The notes beneath the pieces were generated by a model. The model did not search any database. It saw only the letters and a list, made by a program, of their open reading frames with translations, and was not told where the DNA came from. The translations under genes were made by a program, and so were the position numbers. Source: Sphingomonadales bacterium (lineage in GTDB: Bacteria > Pseudomonadota > Alphaproteobacteria > Sphingomonadales > Sphingomonadaceae). Taken from it: 32,000 nucleotides of DNA. The stretch covers positions 253,678 through 285,677 of the forward strand of contig JBBROI010000001.1 of the NCBI GenBank assembly GCA_038229555.1, given 5' to 3'. The stretch's first letter is position 1; each line of letters opens with the position of its first letter. Positions 15,995-27,777 of this stretch are shown here, piece by piece.

Positions 15995-17314
15995 ATGAGC
16001 AAGACCCTTCAGCGCCCGCGCGGCACCCAGGACATGATCGGCGAGCAGGCAGCGCGGTTCGACCATGTCATCGAGACGTTCAACCGGGTGCGCAAGCTGT
16101 ACGGCTTCGGGCGGGTCGAAGTGCCGGTGTTCGAGGCGACGAGCGTGTTCTCGCGGTCGCTCGGCGAGACCACCGATGTGGTGTCGAAGGAGATGTATTC
16201 GTTCGAGGACCGCGGCGGCGATTCGCTCACCCTGCGCCCGGAGTTCACGGCGGGCATTGCGCGGGCGTATATCGAAAACGGCTGGCAGCAGCACGCGCCC
16301 ATGAAGCTCGCCACTTGGGGGCCGCTGTTCCGCTACGAACGCCCGCAAAAGGGCCGGTTCCGGCAGTTCCACCAGCTCGACGCCGAGGTGATCGGTGCCG
16401 CCGAACCCGCCGCCGATGTCGAGGTGATCGCGCTCGGGCAACAGGTGCTGGAGGAGTTGGGCGTTGCGGGCGACGTGGTGCTGCAGTTGAACACGATGGG
16501 CGACCCGGCGACCCGCGCGGCGTGGGCGGCGGCAACAACGGCGCACTTCACCGCCAACGCCGATGTGCTGAGCGAGGAGAGCAAGCGGCGGTTGACGGTC
16601 AACCCGCTGCGCATCCTCGATTCGAAGGAAGCGGCAGACCGTGAGTTGGTGGCGGCCGCTCCCGACATCACGGCGCACATGACCAGCGAGGCAGGCGCGT
16701 TTTTCGACAGCGTGGTGCGCGGGCTCGAGGCGTCGGGGATCGTTTGGGAACGCAACGCCCGGCTGGTGCGCGGGTTGGACTATTACCGCCACACGGTGTT
16801 CGAATTCGTGACGCAGGCGCTGGGATCGCAGGGGACGGTGATCGGCGGTGGGCGCTACGACGGGCTGATCGGCAGCATGGGCGGGCCGGAAACGCCCGCT
16901 GTGGGCTGGGCGGCGGGGGTCGAGCGGCTGGCAATGCTTGTTGACGTCACAGAGGCGCAATCAACGACCGTGGCAATCGTGATTGAGGACGACGAAGTTG
17001 GGGACGTTGGGCAAGCGTTCGCGAGGCAGCTTCGCCGAAGGGGGATAGCAGCGGAGATGTTTGCCGATGGGTCCGCGAAGAAGCGATTCGACAAGGCCAG
17101 GAAGGCAGACCCTTGGGCGATCATCACAATCGACGCGAAGGTGACCGAAAACGATCACGATGCGAACGCACGCTTTCGAATTTTGCGCAACCCTGAGATC
17201 GGTGAAACGATCGGCGGAGCTTTCGGCGAGGCTGTTGAGGCTGCGGTGTTCTTGGATCGATCGCTGCCGAGCTTCATGGGAGCTGTCGTGAGCGGGTTGC
17301 GTAGGCGACCATGA
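15995..17314 (+). CDS. hisS: Histidine--tRNA ligase
   Basis: Class II motifs TLRPEFTAGIARAY and VIGGGRYDGLI. N-terminus RGTQDM. The C-terminal roughly 125 aa (from about 16930) are in markedly lower-GC DNA. Confidence 0.93.
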   Translation: MSKTLQRPRGTQDMIGEQAARFDHVIETFNRVRKLYGFGRVEVPVFEATSVFSRSLGETTDVVSKEMYSFEDRGGDSLTLRPEFTAGIARAYIENGWQQHAPMKLATWGPLFRYERPQKGRFRQFHQLDAEVIGAAEPAADVEVIALGQQVLEELGVAGDVVLQLNTMGDPATRAAWAAATTAHFTANADVLSEESKRRLTVNPLRILDSKEAADRELVAAAPDITAHMTSEAGAFFDSVVRGLEASGIVWERNARLVRGLDYYRHTVFEFVTQALGSQGTVIGGGRYDGLIGSMGGPETPAVGWAAGVERLAMLVDVTEAQSTTVAIVIEDDEVGDVGQAFARQLRRRGIAAEMFADGSAKKRFDKARKADPWAIITIDAKVTENDHDANARFRILRNPEIGETIGGAFGEAVEAAVFLDRSLPSFMGAVVSGLRRRP

Positions 17315-17387
17315 CAAGTTGGCGTGACAGCAGCCACCACAACGAGCGTCCTCTACCTTCTCTTCCCCGATGCGGGTAGGCGGCATT

Positions 17388-17534
17388 ATGGATAGAAAAT
17401 ACGTTACTATTGTTGTCGTAGTTCTGGCTATCACGGGTATTGGCTATGTCTTTTGGGATTATATGACGGTGGATCGCTGTTTTGATAACGGCGGGCGATG
17501 GGACAGTTCCCAAGGCGTGTGTGTTGGCGCATGA
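17388..17534 (+). CDS. Hypothetical 48-aa small membrane protein with a C-terminal Cys pair
   Basis: Hand-translated, since it is below the track length cutoff: MDRKYVTIVVVVLAITGIGYVFWDYMTVDRCFDNGGRWDSSQGVCVGA. One clear TM helix. AT-rich codons. Only a weak RBS (TAGG, 7 nt upstream). Confidence 0.35.
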   Translation: MDRKYVTIVVVVLAITGIGYVFWDYMTVDRCFDNGGRWDSSQGVCVGA

Positions 17535-17749
17535 ATTATCTCCTCTATAGCTACAGTAGGATAAAGGGACTGACCCACCTCATCAGCGCGCGGGATGGCG
17601 AGGGTTGTGAGATTTCCGCCCGAAGCCCCCTCTCCCGGCTGACGCGAAGGGGCGTGAGCCCGACCTCTTCCCAAGTGGGAGAGGTGAAGGGTCGCGGGAC
17701 AGCGCGGGCCATCGCGCGGCAGGCTAGCTGGCTGTAAGGATCAATGGCG

Positions 17750-18145
17750 ATGCGATATTATCATGGCGTGGTCCACAAGGACGCCGACAGCGCCTTCGGC
17801 GTTCATTTCCCCGATCTGCCGGGCTGCTTTTCGGCGGCCGACAGCATCGACGCGGTCATCCCGAACGCCACCGAGGCGCTGGCGCTGTGGTTCGAGGACA
17901 ATGAAACTGCCGCCGAGCCGCAGCCGGTCGAGGCCATCCGGGAGGCAGCCGCGGACGATCTGGCTGAGGGCGCATTCCTCGTGATGGTACCGTGGATCGG
18001 TCGCGGCGGACGCCCGGCGCGGGTGAATATCTCGCTCGACCGCGCCGTGCTCAGCGCTATCGACAGCGCAGCGGCGGGGCGGCGGCTTAGTCGGTCGGCG
18101 TTCATCGCCCAGGCCGCCCGCAACGAAATCGAGGGGCAACGGTAA
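17750..18145 (+). CDS. hicB: HicB-family type II antitoxin (N-terminal HicB fold plus C-terminal ribbon-helix-helix)
   Basis: [32 protein letters not shown] is the typical HicB-like N-terminus. The C-terminus [17 protein letters not shown]...RSAFIAQAA is RHH-like. AAGGA lies at 17736-17740. The in-frame ATG at 17744 is an alternative start. Confidence 0.85.
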   Translation: MRYYHGVVHKDADSAFGVHFPDLPGCFSAADSIDAVIPNATEALALWFEDNETAAEPQPVEAIREAAADDLAEGAFLVMVPWIGRGGRPARVNISLDRAVLSAIDSAAAGRRLSRSAFIAQAARNEIEGQR

Positions 18146-18146
18146 G

Positions 18147-19207
<1,061 letters not shown>

Positions 19208-19211
<4 letters not shown>

Positions 19212-20011
19212 ACGCGGCCGTCGCCCTTCTCGCTGCGTCGAAACGTATCGACCGGCTCGATGCCGAAATCCTGCTGGCGCATCTTGCGGGGGTGGACCGG
19301 ATGACCCTCCTCACCGGCCCCAATATCGAGATCGACGAAGTCGCATACGATGCGCTGGTCGCTCGCCGCGCGGCGCACGAACCCGTCGCCTACATCACCG
19401 GCCACCGTGAATTCTGGTCACTCGACATCGCCGTCACTCCCGACGTGCTGATCCCCCGCCCCGATTCGGAAACGCTGATCGAGGCCGCAAAGGCAGCGCG
19501 GGGCGACCATGCCCCGGCGACGGTTCTCGATCTCGGCACTGGATCGGGGGCGCTGCTGCTGGCGGCGCTCAGCGAATGGCCGCGCGCGCGGGGGTTGGGG
19601 ATCGACCGCTCGGCGGCGGCGCTGGCGGTGGCGCGGGGCAATGCCGACCGGTTGGGCTTTGGCCGCCGCACCGCGTTTCAGGCGGGCGACTGGGCACGTG
19701 GCGTCACCGAGCGTTTCGATCTTGTCCTCGCCAACCCGCCCTATGTCGAAGACGGCGCGATACTCGCCCCCGATGTCGGCGATTTCGAACCGGCGAGCGC
19801 GCTGTTCGCCGGGGCCGACGGCCTCGACGCCTATCGCGATCTCGTCCCGCAGCTTCCCGGGCTGCTCAACCCCAGCGGCGTCGCGGTGGTGGAAATTGGC
19901 GCGACGCAGGCCGACGGGGTCGCCGACCTGATGGCCGCTGCCGGGCTGACATCGACGCTGCGGCGCGATCTTGCCGGGCATGACCGCTGCCTGATCGCGC
20001 GACGGACCTGA
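19208..20011 (+). CDS. prmC: Release-factor glutamine N5-methyltransferase
   Basis: GTGA overlap with the prfA stop. SAM-binding motif LDLGTGSGA and the NPPY motif. Confidence 0.93.
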
Positions 20012-20084
20012 CGTCGCGCGGTCTGGCACGCCCGCGCGGAGATCGCTGTTCAACCCGCCGCAACCTTGGGCTACACGTACCGCC

Positions 20085-21737
20085 GTGTTGACCCTCCTCG
20101 ATATCGCCAATGTCGTGCTGATCGAGCAATTGACGCTCGAATTCGGTTCCGGGCTGGGCGTGCTGACCGGCGAGACGGGGGCGGGCAAGTCGATCCTGCT
20201 CGATGCGCTCGGGCTGGCGCTTGGCGGGCGCGGCGATGCTTCACTGGTGCGCGCCGGGGCCGATGCGGCGCGGGTGACTGCCGAATTCGCCGTCGGGGCC
20301 GACCATGCGGCGCGGGTGCTCCTGCGTGACAATGATCTCGACGCCAGCGACGACACCATCATTGTCCGCCGTCAGGTCAAGGCCGATGGCGGCAGCCGCG
20401 CCTTCGTCAACGATCAGCCGGTGTCGGCGGCTCTGCTGCGCGATCTCGGCGCGGCGCTCGTCGAGGTGCATGGCCAGTCGGACGATCGCGGGCTGTTGTC
20501 GGCGAAGGGGCACCGCGCGCTGCTCGATAGTTTCGGACGGCTCGATACGGCGGGCGTAGCAGCGGCGTGGACGGCATGGCGTGCCGCCGAAGCGGCCTAT
20601 ACTGAAGCGCTTGCGGCGCTCGCCGCCGATCGCGCCGACCGCGATTGGCTCGACCATGCGCTGGCCGAACTGACCGCGCTCGCTCCCGAACCCGGCGAAG
20701 AGGCGGCGCTCGCTGAAGAACGTGCGGCGATGCAGAAGGGCGCGCGGCTCGCCGATGATCTGGAGGCAGTAACGGGCTTGGTTGGCGGTGCAGCGGGTGG
20801 CGTGGCGCAACTGGCACAGGCGGCGCGGCGGCTCGACCGGGTCGCGGGCGAACATGATCTGCTGGCGGCAGCCCTCGCCAGCCTCGACCGGGCGCTCGTC
20901 GAAGCGGGTGAGGCCGAATCCGCGCTGGCGGCGGCGGCGCGGGCGCTCGATGCCGATCCGGCGCGGCTCGACGCGGCCGAGGCACGACTGTTCGAACTGC
21001 GGGCGGCGGCGCGCAAACATCGCATCGAACCCGAAGCGCTGCCGGGGCTGGCGGCGCAGCTTGCGGCGCGGGCGGACGCGCTGACGTTGGGCGAAGATGC
21101 GCTGGCCGGGTTGGCGGCGGCGGTTGCGGCGGCGCGTGACGCCTATGTGGCGAAGGCCGAGGCGCTGCGGGCGGCGCGCGCCGCAGCGGGGGCGAGGCTC
21201 GATGCCGCGATGGCCGACGAACTGGCACCGTTGAAGCTCGATGCCGCGCGCTTCCGCACCGTCGTCGCGGCACTGCCCGAGGGCCAATGGGGACCGGGCG
21301 GCGGCGACCGCATCGAGTTCGAGATTTCGACCAACCCCGGCGCGCCGTTCGGGCCGTTGGTCAAGATCGCCAGTGGTGGCGAGCTGTCGCGCTTCGTGCT
21401 GGCGCTCAAGGTCGCGCTCGCCGAAACCGGCAGCGCGGGAACGCTGGTGTTCGACGAGATCGACCGCGGGGTGGGTGGAGCCGTCGCCAGCGCGATCGGC
21501 GAACGGCTGGCCCGGTTGGCGCAGACGACGCAGGTGCTCGTCGTCACCCACAGCCCGCAGGTCGCCGCACGCGGGGGCAACCATTGGCGGATTGCCAAAT
21601 CGAGCGAAGGCACCGTCACCCGCACCGACGTCCGTCCGTTGGATACCGCCGCCCGCCGTGAAGAAATCGCCCGGATGCTGTCGGGAGCCGAAGTCACCGA
21701 CGAGGCGCGGGCGCAGGCGGCGCGGTTATTGGGGTAG
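20085..21737 (+). CDS. recN: DNA repair protein RecN
   Basis: GTG start. Walker A GETGAGKS. Long Ala-rich coiled-coil centre. C-terminal SGGELSR signature and Walker B LVFDEID. Confidence 0.95.
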   Translation: MLTLLDIANVVLIEQLTLEFGSGLGVLTGETGAGKSILLDALGLALGGRGDASLVRAGADAARVTAEFAVGADHAARVLLRDNDLDASDDTIIVRRQVKADGGSRAFVNDQPVSAALLRDLGAALVEVHGQSDDRGLLSAKGHRALLDSFGRLDTAGVAAAWTAWRAAEAAYTEALAALAADRADRDWLDHALAELTALAPEPGEEAALAEERAAMQKGARLADDLEAVTGLVGGAAGGVAQLAQAARRLDRVAGEHDLLAAALASLDRALVEAGEAESALAAAARALDADPARLDAAEARLFELRAAARKHRIEPEALPGLAAQLAARADALTLGEDALAGLAAAVAAARDAYVAKAEALRAARAAAGARLDAAMADELAPLKLDAARFRTVVAALPEGQWGPGGGDRIEFEISTNPGAPFGPLVKIASGGELSRFVLALKVALAETGSAGTLVFDEIDRGVGGAVASAIGERLARLAQTTQVLVVTHSPQVAARGGNHWRIAKSSEGTVTRTDVRPLDTAARREEIARMLSGAEVTDEARAQAARLLG

Positions 21738-21749
21738 CAAAGGATCGAC

Positions 21750-22748
21750 ATGGTCAAAGCAATGTGGATGGTGCGAGCAGGTCGCGGCGGCATTTATGCA
21801 GCCGATTTCCTTGACAACAACTATGTCGGCATCGGCTGGCGCGACGGTGGCGATCCGACGGCTGTTACCGACAAGGCAGACCTCGTCAGGCGATTTGCTT
21901 CAGCTTGGCCGGAAGCTACCGAACAAAGCCGCTTCGTCAGCGCCAGCATCGTCTTTCGTTTCGTTCGAGAAGTTTCGGTCGGCGACGATGTCATCACCTA
22001 CGATCCGGCGATACGAACCTATCATACCGGCGTCATCGCCAGCGGACCGGAATGGAGCGGTGACCCTGAGGATTACCGAAACACGCAACGCCGTGTGACT
22101 TGGTCGGGAACCGTGCTTCGGGACAGGCTGGGCGTTGCTGCACGCAATACTCTTGGTGCGACCCTGACACTGTTCCTGCTGCCGCCGGCAGTCGCCGAGG
22201 AAATTCGCACAGCAAGCGCCGAGAAGGATACGACAAATTTGGTAAGCGAGCAGATTGCGGCGGCTCCCGATGGTGATCTGTTCGCGGATATCGCCGATGT
22301 TGCGCTGGAGCGCATCAAGGACCGCATCGTTCGGCTCGATTGGGAACAGATGCAGGAGCTGGTTGCAGCGTTGCTGCGGTCGATGGGGTATCAAACCCGC
22401 ATTTCACCGCGCGGTGCCGATCGCGGGCGCGACATACTCGCGTCGCCCGATGCGTTTGGCTTCACCGCCCCGCGCATCACTGTTGAGGTCAAACACCGTC
22501 CGAAGGAATCGATGGGTGCACCGCATGTTCGTGCCTTGGCGGCTGGCAGTCATGCGGACGACCGCTGTCTGTTCGTCAGTACCGGCGGCTTCGGCAAAGA
22601 GGCGAAATACGAAGCCGAGCGTAGCCGGACGATTATCACCCTGATGAACCTCGACGATTTGGCGCGAGCGATCATTGAGGCCTATCCGCGCTTCGACGAG
22701 CAAGGCAGGACGTTGTTGCCGCTGACGAGAATGTACTGGCCGAGTTGA
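21750..22748 (+). CDS. Mrr-type (PD-(D/E)xK) restriction endonuclease with an uncharacterised, possibly PUA/EVE-like N-terminal domain
   Basis: The C-terminal half aligns by eye to the Mrr catalytic core: LLRSMGY...GADRGRDILA...ITVEVKHR...CLFVSTGGFGKEA. The N-terminal roughly 150 aa read MWMVRAGRGG...VGIGW...VGDDVITYD. AAGGA lies at 21740-21744. Hand counts on two 60-nt lines give 58-60% G+C, lower than the neighbouring genes. Confidence 0.8.
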   Translation: MVKAMWMVRAGRGGIYAADFLDNNYVGIGWRDGGDPTAVTDKADLVRRFASAWPEATEQSRFVSASIVFRFVREVSVGDDVITYDPAIRTYHTGVIASGPEWSGDPEDYRNTQRRVTWSGTVLRDRLGVAARNTLGATLTLFLLPPAVAEEIRTASAEKDTTNLVSEQIAAAPDGDLFADIADVALERIKDRIVRLDWEQMQELVAALLRSMGYQTRISPRGADRGRDILASPDAFGFTAPRITVEVKHRPKESMGAPHVRALAAGSHADDRCLFVSTGGFGKEAKYEAERSRTIITLMNLDDLARAIIEAYPRFDEQGRTLLPLTRMYWPS

Positions 22749-22807
22749 ATAGGCGGCCCGACGCGCCGATGACTACGTCGCGCGACTAGAACATGGGTTA
22801 AATAGCG

Positions 22808-23002
22808 ATGACTAACGAAGATGGCCTTAGTACCAATTCAACGCGACCGGAGCAGCTAACGCCGGGGGCTGAAGCCGTACCGACGACACAACACCCTCAG
22901 CGCCGCGCTGGCCGACTTAAAGGACAAATTTGGTTTGCGCCGGATTGGGACGATCCGGCCACCGACGTGCTTGCCAGCGTCGACGCGCCGCTGTGGCCGT
23001 GA
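22808..23002 (+). CDS. Hypothetical 64-aa protein with an antitoxin-tail-like C-terminus
   Basis: Track ORF. The C-terminus GRLKGQIWFAPDWDDPATDVL resembles the toxin-binding tails of some VapB/Phd-type (DUF2281-like) antitoxins. The N-terminal half is low-complexity. The stop overlaps the GTG of the next gene. Confidence 0.35.
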   Translation: MTNEDGLSTNSTRPEQLTPGAEAVPTTQHPQRRAGRLKGQIWFAPDWDDPATDVLASVDAPLWP

Positions 23003-23418
23003 TCCCAACCCGCGCCATCGCGCGTTGGCTCCTCACCATCGCCTATCTGGCCGTCGGGGCTTTGCACCTGATGCGGCCGGAAACCTTTCTCGCCATCATG
23101 CCCGACTGGGTGCCGTTTCCGCTCCAAACAGTCCAGATCACCGGGGTTTGCGAAATCCTTGGCGCCATCGGCCTGACCATTCCTCGGCTGCGCTGGCTGT
23201 CGGGGGTCATGCTCGCCGCCTATGCGGTGTGTGTCTTCCCGGCCAATATCCATCATGCGCTCGATAGCGTCGCGATCGGTGGGACGACGCTCGGCTGGAG
23301 CTATCATGGCCCTCGCCTGCTGCTTCAGCCGGTGATTGTCTGGTGGGCGCTGTTTGCCGGTGGGGTGACAGACTGGCCCTTCCGTCGGCGCGTCAGTGGT
23401 ACGCAAAGCCGAAGTTGA
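22999..23418 (+). CDS. DoxX-like family membrane protein
   Basis: Frame of track ORF 22930..23418. GTG 22999 (GTGA overlap) gives 139 aa with four hydrophobic helices. The motif CEILGAIGL...AAYAVCVFPANIHHA is typical of DoxX-like proteins. Confidence 0.75.
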   Translation: MIPTRAIARWLLTIAYLAVGALHLMRPETFLAIMPDWVPFPLQTVQITGVCEILGAIGLTIPRLRWLSGVMLAAYAVCVFPANIHHALDSVAIGGTTLGWSYHGPRLLLQPVIVWWALFAGGVTDWPFRRRVSGTQSRS

Positions 23419-24400
23419 TCGATCCGAACTGCGATGCGTCGCGCTGGCCATGGAATTCGCGAGTGCGATAGACATGGGTGAATGACAGGCGAAAGCCGCG
23501 ATAGGTCATGGCGATCCCGGCGTCGAAATCGGCGACCCACGGAATCTTTTCGACATGCGGGCCATCGCGAAAACTGTTGCCGTCGAGGAACAGGTTGCGC
23601 GCCACGCCGCGACCATCGACCCCAGCAAAGGCAAAGATGGCGATGCCGTCGCGGTACTGAAAATACCCTGAGCCGGGTAGCGCTGGATCGATGCGCGGCT
23701 CGCCCAGATCGGGGAGATCGGTGCCGATGCGCAGCGTCGCGCCGGCATCGGCATAGGTATAGACATTGCCGACGGCGAACCCCGCGTGTGGCGTCAGATC
23801 GGCGGTAAGGCCGAGCAGCCTAACCGGTATCAACCGGTCGCTGCGCCGATAGGTGAGCACGATCCCGGGTTCGTTGCGCAATTGATACTGCCAGCCCTTG
23901 GGCTGCGGCACGCCGATCAGCCCATGATAGGCGATTTGCGTATCACCGGCGAGCGATGCCGGGCCGACGATGCCCAGCGTCAGTTGCAATTGGTCGAGCC
24001 GCCGCCCGTCGCCGTGCGACGGCGCAATGCCGGTCGCACCGAAGGAGACATAGGTAAACCCGGCATAGGGCCGGTCGCTCGGGTCGGGTCGCCGCCGGGA
24101 GATATCCGTCGGTGTAAACATGCTCTGCCCAAATGCCGTTTCGAAGCGAACCTTGCTGTTGGCAGCAAAAAGCGGAAGCTTCGCGGGGTTGAGGAACAGC
24201 CAGAATGGCCGCTTGCCGAGCGGTTGCATCACCGCTAGCCGCAGGCCATTGGTATAGCCTTGGTCCTGATGGCTGCCGCCGAAAAAGTCATTTTCGACGG
24301 TGAAGCTGATGAAGCCGCGGTCGTCGTCGTTGACCGGTGCCGCCAGCGCAGGCGCTGCCGATAGCGCCAGCACAACCCACGCAGTGAACTTCGTCATCAT
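23393..24400 (-). CDS. lpxR: Outer-membrane lipid A deacylase LpxR-family protein
   Basis: Signal peptide MMTKFTAWVVLALSAAPALAA. Motifs VENDFF and QGYTNGLRL. Beta-barrel-like alternating pattern and a terminal aromatic residue (FGFAYH). Confidence 0.8.
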   Translation of the reverse strand: MMTKFTAWVVLALSAAPALAAPVNDDDRGFISFTVENDFFGGSHQDQGYTNGLRLAVMQPLGKRPFWLFLNPAKLPLFAANSKVRFETAFGQSMFTPTDISRRRPDPSDRPYAGFTYVSFGATGIAPSHGDGRRLDQLQLTLGIVGPASLAGDTQIAYHGLIGVPQPKGWQYQLRNEPGIVLTYRRSDRLIPVRLLGLTADLTPHAGFAVGNVYTYADAGATLRIGTDLPDLGEPRIDPALPGSGYFQYRDGIAIFAFAGVDGRGVARNLFLDGNSFRDGPHVEKIPWVADFDAGIAMTYRGFRLSFTHVYRTREFHGQRDASQFGSINFGFAYH

Positions 24401-24439
24401 GGCCCCGCAGCGATTGCCCCGTGGCGAAAGCTACCGTGA

Positions 24440-26554
<2,115 letters not shown>

Positions 26555-26729
26555 CGCCGGCCCTTTGCGAGGAGGGCGGAGGAGCAGAAGTGGAAATGAC
26601 GAATTTGTTTCGGCTATGCATTTTGCGCATGGCTGCCCCGAACTTCGCCGCACTGCACAATGGAGCGCGACTCAGTTAGATCGGCTTCACCGCAGGGGTT
26701 GTCCCGGCGGGATGAAGAGGAGAAGCGCG

Positions 26730-26882
26730 ATGAAGATCGTCCTTCAGGCGTTCGAACCGCTGCCGCAGCCGTTCGCGATGACGTCAAAATTGAATGTGGG
26801 TGCCAATCCGGTTCGCAAGCCGATGCTGCGCCTTACACCTGCCGTCGCCGACGGCCGGTTGTTCCACGCGTGGCGGGCCTAA
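26730..26882 (+). CDS. Hypothetical 50-aa ORF (doubtful)
   Basis: ATG 26730 is preceded by GAGGAG at 26717-26722. About 78% GC3 by hand count. It overlaps the 3' end of prmA by 50 nt on the opposite strand. No recognisable family. Confidence 0.25.
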   Translation: MKIVLQAFEPLPQPFAMTSKLNVGANPVRKPMLRLTPAVADGRLFHAWRA

Positions 26883-27777
26883 CCGGTCGCGTTAGCACCA
26901 GCGTCGGCCATTCGCCGCGCGGGTGCTGATGCTTTGGTATCAGCCCATGCCGTCGATACGCAGCGCGCACCCTGAGTGCCTGGAAATCGAGCAGCCCCGC
27001 AAGGATAAGATCGCCGCCCGGTGCCACTGCTCGGGCGATCTCGCGGCTCATCGCCACAAGCGGACCCGCCAGAATATTCGCCGTCACTAGCGTGTATGGC
27101 CCACGCGCCGCGATCCGGCGGTTCGCCATTCCGGTTGCCACAGCCAGTTCGATATGTCCCGCAGCACGCCCGCGCATTACTCGGTTGATAACCAGATTGG
27201 CGCGCGTCACCGTCACCGATACCGGATCGATATCGCTGGCAATGATCGCTGCGTCGGGCCAGGCGCGCGCCGCCGCAATCGCCAGCACGCCGCTGCCGGT
27301 GCCGAGATCGAGGATGTTGCGCCGTCGCCGCCCCTTGGCGAGCCGGTCGAGCGCTTGCAGACAGCCGTGGGTCGTCGCGTGCTGCCCGGTGCCGAACGCC
27401 AGCCCAGCCTCGATATCGATCGCCCAGTCACCCGGCCGCACTGCATCGGCATGAGCGGGCGTATGCACCAGAAACCGCCCGGCGCGCACCGGTTCGAGCC
27501 CGCGCTGGCTGAGCGTTGTCCAGTCGTCATCCGGCAGTTCTTCGAGCGTCCCACGTCCCGCCGCCGATGGCGCAAGGGCTTCGACCCGCGTCAGGACGTC
27601 CGCCGTCGGTTCGCCGTCGAAATAGGCCGCCAGCAGCCAATCATCGGGTCGATCGGGGTCGGGTTCGTCGACCAGCAGCGTCGGCGGCGACGGCAGATCG
27701 TCGAACAGATCGGCGGCGTCGGGCAGCGCTTCGGCCTCGGCGCGGGTCGCGGCAAGGGTGTATTTCCACCCGCTCAC
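26833..27777 (-). CDS. prmA: Ribosomal protein L11 methyltransferase
   Basis: Internal GTG 27777 of track ORF 26833..28209, in a GTGA overlap with the SDR stop. Motifs GLAFGTGQHATT and [14 protein letters not shown]. Confidence 0.88.
   Translation of the reverse strand: MSGWKYTLAATRAEAEALPDAADLFDDLPSPPTLLVDEPDPDRPDDWLLAAYFDGEPTADVLTRVEALAPSAAGRGTLEELPDDDWTTLSQRGLEPVRAGRFLVHTPAHADAVRPGDWAIDIEAGLAFGTGQHATTHGCLQALDRLAKGRRRRNILDLGTGSGVLAIAAARAWPDAAIIASDIDPVSVTVTRANLVINRVMRGRAAGHIELAVATGMANRRIAARGPYTLVTANILAGPLVAMSREIARAVAPGGDLILAGLLDFQALRVRAAYRRHGLIPKHQHPRGEWPTLVLTRPVRPATRGTTGRRRRQV

Noticed and set aside
17498-17743. Search for a hicA toxin gene upstream of hicB, including track ORFs 17498..17737 + and 17459..17674 -.
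   Set aside because: Neither the hand-translated + frames nor the track ORFs on either strand give anything like the roughly 60-aa HicA double-stranded-RNA-binding fold. The ORFs run through repeat-like GC-rich hairpin sequence.
20012-20084. LexA/SOS box upstream of recN, and a terminator after prmC.
   Set aside because: Only a single GTTC is present (GTTCAACCCGCCGCAAC), with no GTTC-N7-GTTC or GAAC-N7-GAAC direct repeat. The CGCGCGG/CCGCGCG hairpin (20015-20038) has only 7 bp, a 10-nt loop and no U-tract.
26660-26929. Track ORF 26660..26929 + (89 aa), and the 27-codon ORF starting at ATG 26622 in the ligA/prmA gap.
   Set aside because: No RBS, a charged low-complexity translation, and overlap with prmA. 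There is no supporting signal.
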